From the NCBI RefSeq assembly GCF_001194135.2, contig NC_068987.1, forward strand, positions 5,451,980 through 5,511,627: DNA of 59,648 bases, written 5' to 3'. The translations under genes were made by a program, and so were the position numbers. Below the pieces are notes generated by a model. That model was not told where the DNA came from, made no database searches, and saw nothing but the letters and a program-made list of their open reading frames with translations. The stretch comes from Octopus bimaculoides. Taxonomy: Eukaryota. Position 1 is the stretch's first letter; each line of letters starts with the position of its first letter. Of this stretch, positions 1-13,628 are shown piece by piece.

Positions 1-48
<48 letters not shown>

Positions 49-300
49 AGAGCGAGAGAGTAAGAGAGTGCAGAGGAGAGAGAAAGAGAGAGAGACAGAG
101 AGAGAGTGAAAGAAACAGAAAGATAGAGAAAGAGAGAGAGAGAGGGAATGAGCAAATGACAGAGAACGAGTAAGTGAGCGAGAGAGAGAGAGAGAGAGAG
201 TGTGTATGTGTGCGAGAGAGTGAGAGAGAGGGAGAGAGAGAGAGAGGGAGTGCAAAAGCAAGAGCTCATGCGCGCGAGCGAGCGAGCGAAAGAGAGAGCG
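1..300. repeat. (GA)n-rich microsatellite
   Basis: Direct reading. Confidence 0.95.
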
Positions 301-1064
301 AAACAACATCATCAGCAACAACATCAACATCATATATATATATATGTAGTGCCTGTTGTAATTTTCTGAGCTCAGACTATCAATTGGTTATTGTTGCACC
401 CAATACATTATGATCAATAATGTAACTCAGAATGTATCGATTTCTTATTTAGCCACAAGACCACAGATTATTTAAGTGATACTGATTAATGGCTCCACAA
501 ACAACATGGGCTAATATATGTTTAGCTAACTATTCTCTTGCATTACGACGACGAGCCATTAACTTTTCTCTGGACAAGATACCAATATAGCGTCTAATAT
601 ATTTTCAGAATAGCATAGCTAGTTGTTATTCTTTGCAGCTAATGTCTAAAGCCTACGAGAGCTTACGAATAATAAAATGCTTCGCTCGTATCTTTAATAA
701 GCCATGTCTTTCTTATTTCTGATATATATATGTATATATATATATANNNNNNNNNNNNNNNNNNNNNNNNNNNNNNNNNNNNNNNNNNNNNNNNNNNNNN
801 NNNNNNNNNNNNNNNNNNNNNNNNNNNNNNNNNNNNNNNNNNNNNNNNNNNNNNNNNNNNNNNNNNNNNNNNNNNNNNNNNNNNNNNNNNNNNNNNNNNN
901 NNNNNNNNNNNNNNNNNNNNNNNNNNNNNNNNNNNNNNNNNNNNNNNNNNNNNNNNNNNNNNNNNNNNNNNNNNNNNNNNNNNNNNNNNNNNNNNNNNNN
1001 NNNNNNNNNNNNNNNNNNNNNNNNNNNNNNNNNNNNNNNNNNNNNNNNNNNNNNNNNNNNNNNG

Positions 1065-1286
1065 GGGGGGGGAGACAAACACAAACATAAACGCACACAT
1101 ATAAGAACATATATATGTATATATACACGACGGGCTTCTTTCAGTTTCCGTCTACTAAATCCACTCACAGGACTTTGGACAGCCCGAGGCTATATTAGAA
1201 GACACTTGTCCAAGGTGCCATGCAGTGGGACTGAACCCGGAACTATGTGGTTTGGAAGCAAGCTCCTTACCACACAGCCACGCCTA
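1065..1286 (-). mobile_element. SINE-A 5' half. Other minus-strand pieces: 1948-2160, 4434-4630, 9610-9912, 12775-13099, 16420-16620, 20610-20965, 24520-24768, 34670-34779, 42035-42235, 47985-48145, 55530-55840, 59385-59570
   Basis: Reverse-complement matches to the 18013-18428 copy (e.g. gtttcagtcatttgactgcggccatgctggagcacc; cccactgcgtggcaccttgggcaagtgtc). Boundaries approximate. Confidence 0.85.
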
Positions 1287-2174
1287 TGTCTATCTATCTA
1301 TCTATCTTTCATTAGTATATCTACGTTAAGTATGATACACTGAATGCTATGTTGATCAAATACTATTTTCGTCGCTAATAACGAATACAGGTGTGTGTAT
1401 ATGAGTCTGTATGTGTCTGTATGTGTGCGGGAATGATCGCACACATGCACACACAGACATTATAGAATACAGTACGTGTATAGACGTGTCGTGAAATATA
1501 ACGCGGCAGAATCCATCCCTAGTTCTCAATATCACGGTGCTCATATCAAATTTTATGCTGTATCAGTTTTCTTAATTTTCTTTCAGATTAGTCAATTGGC
1601 ACGCCTGATTTTATTAACCTTCAGTCGCAGTGATCCGGCGATCGAACAGTTCATTGTCGTATAAATAGACTTCTTAATTCTCTAAAGACTGAACGAATTT
1701 AAATGCTGATCTTAGTTTGACATCTTTTAAATAATTGACGAATACGAAACAACACGAGAACCTGGCCATTAACGTATTCACTCTTTTAAACATTGGTTCT
1801 GAGTTTATTAGACAGTCTCAAGTTAATCTTGTTCCCTCACACTCTCTCTCTATGTATGTATGTATGTATGTATGTATGTATGTATGTATGTATGTATGTG
1901 TGTGTGTGTTTGCGTGCGTATGTGTACGTGTGTGTTTATATATATGTTCTTTTATTCTTTTACTTGTTGCAGATATTTGACTGCGGTGATGCCGGAGCAC
2001 AACCTTTAGTCGAGCAAAATTGACCCCAGGACTAATTCTCTGTAAGGCTAGTACTTATTCAATCGGTTTTAAATTTTTGCCGAACCGCTAAGTTACGGGA
2101 GCGTAAACACACCAACATCGGTTGTCAAGCAATGATGGGGGGGGGACAAATACAGACACAGACGCACACACACG

Positions 2175-2235
<61 letters not shown>

Positions 2236-2260
2236 AAATACATGCTCACTCACACACAGA

Positions 2261-2304
<44 letters not shown>

Positions 2305-2502
2305 TACACATATATAAATACATACATACACACGCACACAAACATGTATGTGTATACATATACATACGTACACACGTACACACAAAGAGAGAGAGACACA
2401 CACACACATGCAAATATATATATATATGTGCATATACATACATACATACGTACATACGTACACAAGCATACACTCACAGACAGAAACAAAAACACATATA
2501 CA

Positions 2503-2535
<33 letters not shown>

Positions 2536-2617
2536 CTTTTGTCTAGATTAAATGTTTTCAAGCATAATTGAAATAATCTAAATGTTTATTCGCAACGTTG
2601 ATTTAATGTGTCCACAA

Positions 2618-2698
<81 letters not shown>

Positions 2699-3225
2699 CA
2701 CGCAAACCACACACACACATACATATATGCCTATCTATATATCTCTCTCTCTATGTATATACATGTACGTGTGTGTGTGGTTCGGTGTGTATGTGTAAAC
2801 GGGTACATACTCATTCTAAAGAATATATATACAAACTGCTATGTTATGAAATATTACACGGGGAGGAAACATCTCTAGGTTTCAGTAACATGGCGTTCAT
2901 ATCAAATTTAATACCGTCTCAGATTTATAGATTTTAATTCAGGTTATCCAACCCGACAAGGTATGTTTACCTTCAGTCGCTGTGATTGTGCGATCGAACA
3001 GTTCGTAGTCGTAGAAACAAGTTACTTAGAATGAGTTAATTTACATTTTGGTTTGTTTCCACCGTTGTTAAATGATTGACGAATATATAATATCATGATA
3101 ACACGGCTATTGAATAAGTTGAATCGTTTAGCTTTGCTGTTGTATGACCGAATTTGTTATATATTAGCGTGTGGTTCTCTGCACTTACTCCCTCAGTGTG
3201 TATATATAAATAAATAAATATACAT

Positions 3226-3264
<39 letters not shown>

Positions 3265-3662
3265 NNNNNNNNNNNNNNNNNNNNNNNNNNNNNNNNNNNN
3301 NNNNNNNNNNNNNNNNNNNNNNNNNNNNNNNNNNNNNNNNNNNNNNNNNNNNNNNNNNNNNNNNNNNNNNNNNNNNNNNNNNNNNNNNNNNNNNNNNNNN
3401 NNNNNNNNNNNNNNNNNNNNNNNNNNNNNNNNNNNNNNNNNNNNNNNNNNNNNNNNNNNNNNNNNNNNNNNNNNNNNNNNNNNNNNNNNNNNNNNNNNNN
3501 NNNNNNNNNNNNNNNNNNNNNNNNNNNNNNNNNNNNNNNNNNNNNNNNNNNNNNNNNNNNNNNNNNNNNNNNNNNNNNNNNNNNNNNNNNNNNNNNNNNN
3601 NNNNNNNNNNNNNNNNNNNNNNNNNNNNNNNNNNNNNNNNNNNNNNNNNNNNNNNNNNNNNN

Positions 3663-3698
<36 letters not shown>

Positions 3699-4045
3699 CG
3701 CAATGGCCCAGTGGTTAGGGTAGTGGACACGCAGTCGTAGGATTGCAGTCTCGATTCCCAGGCCAGGTGTTAGTGTTTATTGAGCGAAAATACCTAAAGC
3801 TCCGCTTCAGAATGAGACAGAATGTGACAAAGCTGGACCGTTGAAATACAGGTACTACTCATATTTGCCAGCTGAGTGGACTGGAGCAATGTAAAATAAA
3901 GTGACTTACTGAAGGATACAACGCGCTGGCAGGAATCGAGCCCCCGACCTTACAATCGGGATCCGAATACCTTTAATCACAGAACCACGCGCCTTCACCT
4001 GAATGTATAACAACAAGGAACGGTTGAAGTATGTTATTTACTTAC

Positions 4046-4288
4046 CTACTGCTTTATCTTCTTCCAACATGGCATCCTGCAGACGGATTCTGGGAAAGTT
4101 CAGCTCTATTACAAGAGAACTGTTTGGGGCGATTTCATAACTAGCATTAAGGTACGAATTCATGTGGGAAGATGTGAGAGTGATGTTGGTGGTGTTGAGT
4201 AGCTGCGGTACAACTTCAATACTGACCTCGCATTTGATGGAGTCGCTGAGGTACGGGATTATGAATCGAGTTCCGCAAGTGTCTGGTT
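4046..4288 (-). CDS. Internal coding exon (243 nt, phase 1-1) of a secreted glycoprotein; IgGFc-binding (FCGBP-like) N-terminal region
   Basis: Acceptor ttctatcgtctttcAG (AG at 4290-4289) and donor G|GTAAGT (4045-4040) bound an open frame (E)PDTCGTRFIIPYLSDSIKCEVSIEVVPQLLNTTNITLTSSHMNSYLNASYEIAPNSSLVIELNFPRIRLQDAMLEEDKAV(G). Non-repetitive, four N-x-S/T sequons. The pattern D-x-x-G-x-x-F ... N-x-S-Y-x-I ... V-x-L ... R-L ... E-x-K-A-V matches IgGFc-binding N-termini by eye only. Confidence 0.75.
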
Positions 4289-4664
4289 CTGAAAGACGAT
4301 AGAAGTCGGCATTTAATAGCAGTTTCGGAGATTCAGAAATTGATGAAAACAATAAAATAATAGTATTAGATATTTTATGATTTTGCTTAGGCACAGCAAT
4401 TCGAATAACCAATTGTTAGATCTAGGATATATACTCTTTTACTTGTTTCAGTCATTTGACTGCGGCCATGCTGGAGCACCGCCTTTAGTCGATCAAATCG
4501 AACCCAGGACTTATTCTTTGTGAGCTTAGTGCTTATTCTATCGGTCTCTTTCACCGAACCGCTAGGTTACGGGGATGTAAATACACCAACATCGGTTGTC
4601 AAGCGATGTTGGGGGTACAAACACAGACGCACAAGCATATACATACATACATACATACATACAT

Positions 4665-4702
<38 letters not shown>

Positions 4703-4938
4703 GCACGCACACACACACATATATATATATACACACAACCTATGTGAATGGGACGCCATTATACCTGAGTACACTGGAGTAACGTGAAATGTAGTGTGGT
4801 GCTGAAGAACATTAAACACCGCTTGGTCCAGAAATCGAAATCACGACAGCAAGTTCATGAGGGCAACATCTTAACCGCTAGGTCACGCGGCTTCACATAG
4901 CAAGCACGAGTAAGTATAAAGAACATGAAATTGCATGG

Positions 4939-4993
<55 letters not shown>

Positions 4994-5295
4994 GGATATA
5001 TAGCAACAGAGATACAATATTATCCGAGTAGTGTTTATGTATTTCTGCTGATGGATTTATCTCCAATCTTCAGCTACACAATCTTGATTAAATGATATAT
5101 CTATGCGCTACGCTGAATTTTCTCGGAAAGAGATAAGGAGAAATTGCGGCTACGAGTGCAGGTTTAATGGGAGATAGACATTTCTTCAAAGCATATCTAA
5201 TTTACCCATCAAAACTATTCTTAATGATTGTATAGGTATTGATTCGCTGGAAATAATGAAACGGCATCTTTTCTCGAAGTATTTGAGACAATGTA

Positions 5296-5448
5296 GGCGC
5301 AGGCGTAGCTATGCGGTAAGAAGTTTGCTTCCCAACGACATGGTTCCGGGTTCAGTCCCACTGTGTAGCAACATGGGTATGTGTCTGCTACTCTAGCTTC
5401 GAGCCGGGGTCCGACCAAAGGCTTGGGAGTGAATTTGGTAGACAGAAA
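5296..5448 (+). mobile_element. SINE-A 5' half. Other plus-strand pieces: 7184-7338, 25690-25890, 43462-43535, 47295-47395, 50195-50298, 51700-51780, 52545-52738
   Basis: Matches to the head or 3' half of the 18013-18428 copy. Boundaries approximate. Confidence 0.8.
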
Positions 5449-5614
5449 TATATATGTGTATATATATATATATATGTATGTATGCATATATATATATATA
5501 TATATATANNNNNNNNNNNNNNNNNNNNNNNNNNNNNATATACACACACATGATTTTAAAAGATTTTATATATAAAAAAAACATAGCGGTGTACGTACAC
5601 TTTGGTCTCTCTCT

Positions 5615-5671
<57 letters not shown>

Positions 5672-5675
<4 letters not shown>

Positions 5676-6050
5676 CGCAATGGCCTAATTGTTAGGGCTG
5701 CGAACTCGCAGTCATAGGATGGCGGTTTCGATTCCCAGACCGGGTGTAGTGAGTGTTTATTGAACGAAAACACCTGAAGCTCCACGTGGCTCCGGCAGGG
5801 GGTGGTGGCGAACCCTGCTCTACTCTTTCACCACAACTTTCTCTCACCCTTTCTTTCTGCTTTTGTTGTACCCGTATTTCAAAGGGCCAGCCTTGTCACA
5901 ATCTGTGTGACGCTGAGTCTCCCTGAGATTTACATTAAGGGTACACGTGTCTGTGGAGTGCTCAATCATTTGCACGTGAATTTCACGAGCAGGCTGTTTC
6001 GTTGATCGGATCAACTGGAACCCTTATCGTCGCAACCGACGGAGTGCCAC
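5672..6050 (+). mobile_element. SINE-C full copy (GAGGCGCAATGGCC head; tail ...GTTGATCGGATCAACTGGAACC...GACGGAGTGCC)
   Basis: tRNA-like head with A/B boxes. Head-only copy at 3695-3803(+); tail-only copy at 50758-50902(-). Confidence 0.85.
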
Positions 6051-6760
6051 AATATATATAGACCCTTCTGGTGGGGCGAAGGAAAGATATATATAATATT
6101 TTTGTTATATTTTTAGCTATATTTTCCACACTCTTTATTATCCTCAATATGAGTTTATACTAAATACCGTCGTAGCTGACTTCAATGCTAACAATATCAA
6201 CAACAGTAACAATAATAACAACAGAAATAACAAAAAAAAGTAACAACAACAACAACATAAACTCTTTCTCTTGAAATTCTGAAGCTTCATACTTGTGCTC
6301 AAGAACAAACGGAAGTTTCATTATCGCCATTTTCGAACCAACTGTTTAACATTAAAAAAAATTGTCACTCTTTCATAAAAGAAATAAAGAAAATAACGTT
6401 ACAATCAACAATTGTGTGTAAATTTATTTTAAGTTTTAAATGCATTTTTTTTCTCATATCATTGAAAACCACTAAGTTGAAGCGCTACAAATTTCTATTC
6501 ATATTAAATTTGAAGCTTAGTTTTCGTTAATGAAATATTGTTTTGTTTCTTTCTCACATTTCGTCAAGTGTTTAATTTGAAATTGTCGAAACTGATATTG
6601 TTCCATCTTCTAAGGCTTTATAGCGTGTATTCTACGTGATCTTTTGCTGACGTTTTTGCTTACTGTTTTTCAAAGAATGAAATCCTTCCATTCCACGAAA
6701 AATACAGTAACCAAAATATTTTACGACAACAAAATATATATCAATAAACACGCATATATA

Positions 6761-6792
<32 letters not shown>

Positions 6793-7036
6793 CAAATAAG
6801 AGATTGGGTTGTCAGATAAATTCGTTGTATTTACTTTTACTTGGAATATTCCTTCATAATATGTCTGAAAATTGGGAAAATTTATTCAAATTCTAAAAAT
6901 GATAAACAAAAGTTACGTAACAAGAATAGCGGTAAAAATCCATTAAACATTGCGATAAAACAGTTTTTTGTGTTAATTCAAAAGAACATTGGAAAGGATT
7001 ACAATAAAAATGGGAAAAACAAAGGAATTACCCAAC

Positions 7037-7106
<70 letters not shown>

Positions 7107-7143
7107 GTACCTGCCTGTCTGTCTGTCTGTCTGTCTGTCTGTA

Positions 7144-7174
<31 letters not shown>

Positions 7175-7398
7175 GCATGCATAGGTGCAGGAATATGGTA
7201 AGAAGCTTGCTTCTCAACCACATGGATCCGAGTTCAGTCCCACTGCGTGGCACCTTGGACAAGTGTCTTCTATAACCTCGGACCGACCAAAGCCTTGTGA
7301 GTGGATTTGTTAGACGGAAAATGAAAGAAGCCCGTCATATATATATNNNNNNNNNNNNNNNNNNNNNNNNNNNNNNNNNNNNNNNNNNNNNNNNNNNN

Positions 7399-7478
<80 letters not shown>

Positions 7479-8706
7479 ATATGTACACACATATATATAT
7501 ACACACACACACATAAATTACTTTGTATTTTTCTACTTGGTATTCCATCATGATATGTCTGAAAAGTGGTAAAATTTATTCAAATATCAGAAACGATAAG
7601 CAAAACTTGTAGAAGAATAGAACTTAAAATCCTCTACAAAACAACTGTTATAAAAATATCTCTCATGTTAACTCAAGTAACATTGATAAAGATTAAGGTA
7701 AATGAGAAGAAACGAAGTAATTTATCTGGCAAAAAAATGAGTTACTTAATCATGGCTAAAGCAACCATTGTAGAAACGTTTTTTCTTGTCCTCGTTTTTC
7801 AGTCAAAAAAAAACAAGCTTCTAAATTAAATATTATATATATTTTTTGCTAGTTACAGAAACTATTTATTAAAAACACTCTAATGATTTTCTTCTATCAT
7901 TTTATATGTGTATTTTTTACTGATAAAAGACATCGAGTCTCATTTTATCAGAAAATAAATGAATTCGGCAATATGTGTGTATATGCTTGTATATGTGTTT
8001 GCGTATGTACGTGTGTGATTTTATTAATTGTCAAATATTACTCCGTCAATATGCTATCGTGTTTAATTTTTTGATTCTTCTTGTATTAAAATAAAGGGGA
8101 AAATTAATATACACATCTTAAGCGATGATTTCAGTTATCGTTAGTTTTCAATACCATTTTTTGTTCCCGTTTTCTGTTCTTTTTTTCGCATTTTAGTAAA
8201 GTAATTTTGGTAACTGTAATGAAATTTTAAGTACTCTCAAGAAGTCAAATTGGGGCAAGAACGACAATGGCAGTGTAATTAACAGATTCACTTCACACTA
8301 ATATGTTCCTGGGTTCAACTAGCATTGAGTTGAATTTTGAAAAACGAATACTGAATGGAACCCCATCTTATATGTATATCTCGGATATATTAAAACAATT
8401 TAGTTTCTGTCTGGCTTTCTTTCCGACCCCAGTGCTCAACTGCTACTCGTTTTATCGACCTCGAAAGGATTAAAAGCAAAGTCGACCTTGGAGGAGTTTG
8501 GACTCAGAACGTAAAACGGACGAAATGCCGCTAAGTATTTTTGACCGGCGTGCGGACGATTCTGCTTGCCTGCTGCTTTCATCGGTTTAAAATTGTGACA
8601 CAACAATTTCGGGGGAAGGGGTAGGTCGATTAGCTTGATCCCAGAGTTCAACTGGTACTTATTTTATCGACCCCGAGAGAGTAAAAGGTAAAGTGGACTT
8701 CAGCGA

Positions 8707-9428
8707 AATTTGAACTCAGAACGTAATAGCAGACGAAATACCTCTAAGCATTTTTCCCGGTGCGCTAACGTTTCTGCCAGCTCGGTGCCTTACTAGAACA
8801 ATTATAAGGTTAACACGAGTCACGTGTCCAATAAAATACGTTAACGAAGGAAATCAGCTGCTTGAAAGTAACAGGAAACGAATATCCAGGAAGAAAAACC
8901 NNNNNNNNNNNNNNNNNNNNNNNNNNNNNNNNNNNNNNNNNNNNNNNNNNNNNNNNNNNNNNNNNNNNNNNNNNNNNNNNNNNNNNNNNNNNNNNNNNNN
9001 NNNNNNNNNNNNNNNNNNNNNNNNNNNNNNNNNNNNNNNNNNNNNNNNNNNNNNNNNNNNNNNNNNNNNNNNNNNNNNNNNNNTCTTATTTCTTTATTGC
9101 CCACAAGGGGCTAAACATAGAGGGGACAAACAAGGACAGACAAAGAGATTAAGTCAATTATATCGACCCCAGTGCGTAACTGGTACTTAATTTATCGATC
9201 CCGAAAGGATGAAAGGCTATGTCGACCTCGGCGGAATTTGAACTCAGAACGTAATAGCAGACGAAATACCTCTAAGCATTTTTCCCGGTGCGCTAACGTT
9301 TCTGCCAGCTCGGTGCCTTACTAGAACAATTATAAGGTTAACACGAGTCACGTGTCCAATAAAATACGTTAACGAAGGAAATCAGCTGCTTGAAAGTAAC
9401 AGGAAACGAATATCCAGGAAGAAAAACC
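8707..9428. repeat. 194-bp identical duplication (8707-8900 = 9235-9428) straddling an N gap
   Basis: Identical by eye and includes unique flank beyond the SINE-B head. The gap 8901-9083 lies between the copies. Confidence 0.9.
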
Positions 9429-10084
9429 GAGGCAATAAAGGATACATCAATAATTAAGAACACGAGCAAATTCGAAATAAATTACTTGATATAATAACAA
9501 AATGAGGCAAAATTGCAATGCAAGATTGTGAATGTGTTGAATCACAAAAGAAAAGACGTCGACATATCATAAGGCTGTTACGATTCATTCTCAATGTATT
9601 TCGCTTGTCATTTATTTTTTACTTCTTTCTGTCATGTGACTGCGGCCACGCCGGTTCACCGCTTTGAAGAGCACTTAGTCGAATGAAGCGACATCAGTGC
9701 CTACTTTTATCTTTGCCGAATCGCTAGGGTACAAAAGTACGTAAGCACACCAACAGCGGTTGACAAACGGTGATGGGTGACAAACACAAGGACAACCATC
9801 CCCACACGAGCGCGCGCACGCACACACAAGCACACACATATACGGTAGGCTTCTTTCAATTTCCATCTACCAAATCCATTCACAAAACTTTGGTTAGCCC
9901 AAGGCTAGAGTAAACCGGAGTAAACCTCGTTCCCATCACCGTGCCTTTAATTTTGATGTAATTCTTTCCACTTAAGAAGAATTTGTTGTTTTCCAGAATA
10001 AGTTTGACTGTGTCTAATATAAATGGCAATGTGAATCCGTTGAGAATCACTTCTCTATGTGGTTTTATCGCCTTTATTCCTAAA

Positions 10085-10440
10085 TCATGTGGAATATTGG
10101 TTTCAAAGGCTTACCACATTAAAATTAAGTAAAAGTGAATTCATTTCCGTTGTTTTCGGAAGATAGGACAGTCAGTTTTATTCTGAAAAACAACACATTC
10201 TTCTTCAATGGAAAGAATTACATCCAAATTAAAGGCACAGCGATGGGAACAAGGTTTTCTCCCATTTACGCAAACTCTGTAATGGGATACTTAGAACAAT
10301 TCTACCAAGAAGAAGAAAGCTATAGCACTGAATTTAGAAAGTATATTGCAAAGGCATGGAAGAGATATCTTGACGACTTCTTCATAATCTGGACAGAATC
10401 TCTAAATAAATTGGAAGAATATATAGAGACGCCTAAACCA
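10085..10440 (+). pseudogene. Penelope-like element (PLE) reverse transcriptase fragment
   Basis: ORF 10135-10461 reads FILKNNTFFFNGKNYIQIKGTAMGTRFSPIYANSVMGYLEQ...KAWKRYLDDFFIIW. These are the GTAMG...P-x-YAN and W-x-RY-[IL]-DD-x-F-x-IW motifs of PLE RTs. A frameshifted upstream part (VEYWFQR...SEFI) is present. Confidence 0.85.
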
Positions 10441-10607
10441 AACACCAATCAACTTAAGTAATTTAGTGAAGCCACACATTGATTGGTCAGAATACAATTT
10501 GCAAAATTTAGCATTCTGGAGCCTATAGAAATGTATTTAAGGCACACATTTTAGCCATCTCACTACAGTTGTAAATTGCAAAACATAACTGTTACTACTA
10601 CTATGCT

Positions 10608-10648
10608 AACCTGAAGATTGCATAGTTTAATGCTTGAAAGTATTAGTT
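10608..10648 (+). ncRNA. Degenerate hammerhead-like motif in the PLE 3' region
   Basis: aac-CTGAAGA-tt-gcat(agttta)atgc-tt-GAAA-gtatta-gtt, about 170 nt downstream of the PLE RT fragment. Stems are imperfect. Confidence 0.4.
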
Positions 10649-10767
10649 CAATCAGAATGGACATTTAATATTCTATCATTTCATTTCATATTATATTATC
10701 TTATATTATATTATTATAAGATTGTAAATAAAACGTGAACATCAGACAAATTTGGAATACCTTTGAT

Positions 10768-10853
<86 letters not shown>

Positions 10854-11509
10854 GTATGTATAGATGTAAGTACGTATATATATATACATACACACACAAA
10901 TGCACACATACATATATACATAAATACATAAGATGGAGACGAGTACTAACGTTCCTATATGGCAGGTTTGATAATTGTTAAGAGATACCTCTTTCAACAT
11001 GAAACCATTGGTAGCCATGTTAACCCAGAAATGAAGAATACTTATGCACCAACGCAGTGCTGAGCACTTAATCTCGTTGTTCGATATTAGCGTATACATA
11101 CATACATACATACATACATAATAGATACATACATACATACGTACATACATACATACATACATACATACATACACATATTAAATATACATGCATCATACAC
11201 ACACACACACACATATATGTATAGATATACGCACATATATATGTATATATACGTATGTGTGCGTGTTTGAGTGAAATTGTACTTCGTGCAAACGGACAGT
11301 AATGGCTGAAAGGAATCGGCACTAAAAGTAGATTAACTGCAAAATAAACAAAAGATAAGCACTAAATAAATTCCGGACTTCTACTTAGCTATTGTTTCAA
11401 TTTTTTTTCCCATCTTCGGAAACAATAAAATAACTTCCAAGGATTCCAAGGAGGAAATTATAGCTAAATGGTATTCTTGAATTTGTTCAGCGTTATCTCC
11501 TATTTAATC

Positions 11510-11732
<223 letters not shown>

Positions 11733-13351
11733 NNNNNNNNNNNNNNNNNNNNNNNNNNNNNNNNNNNNNNNNNNNNNNNNNNNNNNNNNNNNNNNNNNNN
11801 NNNNNNNNNNNNNNNNNNNNNNNNNNNNNNNNNNNNNNNNNNNNNNNNNNNNNNNNNNNNNNNNNNNNNNNNNNNNNNNNNNNNNNNNNNNNNNNNNNNN
11901 NNNNNNNNNNNNNNNNNNNNNNNNNNNNNNNNNNNNNNNNNNNNNNNNNNNNNNNNNNNNNNNNNNNNNNNNNNNNNNNNNNNNNNNNNNNNNNNNNNNN
12001 NNNNNNNNNNNNNNNNNNNNNNNNNNNNNNNNNNNNNNNNNNNNNNNNNNNNNNNNNNNNNNNNNNNNNNNNNNNNNNNNNNNNNNNNNNNNNNNNNNNN
12101 NNNNNNNNNNNNNNNNNNNNNNNNNNNNNNNNNNNNNNNNNNNNNNNNNNNNNNNNNNNNNNNNNNNNNNNNNNNNNAACACACACACATGCATGCACGT
12201 ATGTACACACACACACGTATAAATATATATATACTATTTAATAGGCACAATTACATTTTATGTGCTACTAATAGTTTCATATGTTGAAAAATCCCACAAA
12301 TATATTCATCAGGCACAAACCACATATCATAAAAAACTAAAATTTGGATTAGAGAAGAAACGCGAACAGTTGAGAAGGAAGCATATAGAAAACGTGGAAG
12401 GTTAAAAAACGGAAAACGAAAAAGTTAGAACCGTTTTGCCAGAAATTAATATTTAGATTTTTATTTCCTTAAGATACAACGTACCATATAATCGTTTTTT
12501 TCTCTTTTCAATTATGGAGGACTTAATTTCATTTTCAGTTATACAGTCTTCAGTCGAACTTATATAGCTATTTCGACCTTTATTTGAATGTTATCGGTGC
12601 TAGGTAGTCGATGACTTCTTAATCATACTAGATATTTTGTTATGAAAGCAAGAAATATTTAACTAAACAGAATGCAACAGGAAAATTATAGAGACGTTCA
12701 GCAATAATAGTCTTTAATCTTTACTCAATAGTATACAAGATATACGAAAATATTCGGAGATATTTGTCATAGTTCTTTTGCTAAACCGCTAAGTTACGGG
12801 ACGTAAACACGCCAACACACCAACACTCGCTGACAGGCAGTGGCGAGGTACTTGCACAGACACAAATACTCACACACACATACACACACTCACATACACA
12901 CACTCACATACACACACACATACACACACACACACACACATGACTGTACATATATACGACGAGCTTCTTTCAGTTTTCGTCTACCAAATCCACTCACAAA
13001 GAGACTATAGTAGAAGACACTTGCACAGGGTGCCATGTCGTAGGACTGAACCCAGGACCATGTAATTGTGAAGCAAGCTTCTTACCACACAGCCACGCAG
13101 TAGTTGAATGTCTTATATTGCAATATTATTTATTTCTTATTGCAACTCCACAAGTTATAATATTTAAAAAGAACAAGAAAAAATATGGCGACGTTAACAA
13201 GCCAGAATAATGAAATACACGAAACATCTCCAGCAAATAAAACCCCCCAAAAAAGGAACAATAAACATTAAGTATTATTGCAAGAATGCACACAAACAAC
13301 CACAACACAAATGTAACTATCTAAAACAAAGATAAAAGGCTACAGCACGCA

Positions 13352-13628
<277 letters not shown>

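Noticed and set aside
8707-9428. Biological tandem duplication
   Set aside because: 100% identity on either side of an N gap is more simply explained by redundant contig ends or haplotypes. Needs long reads.
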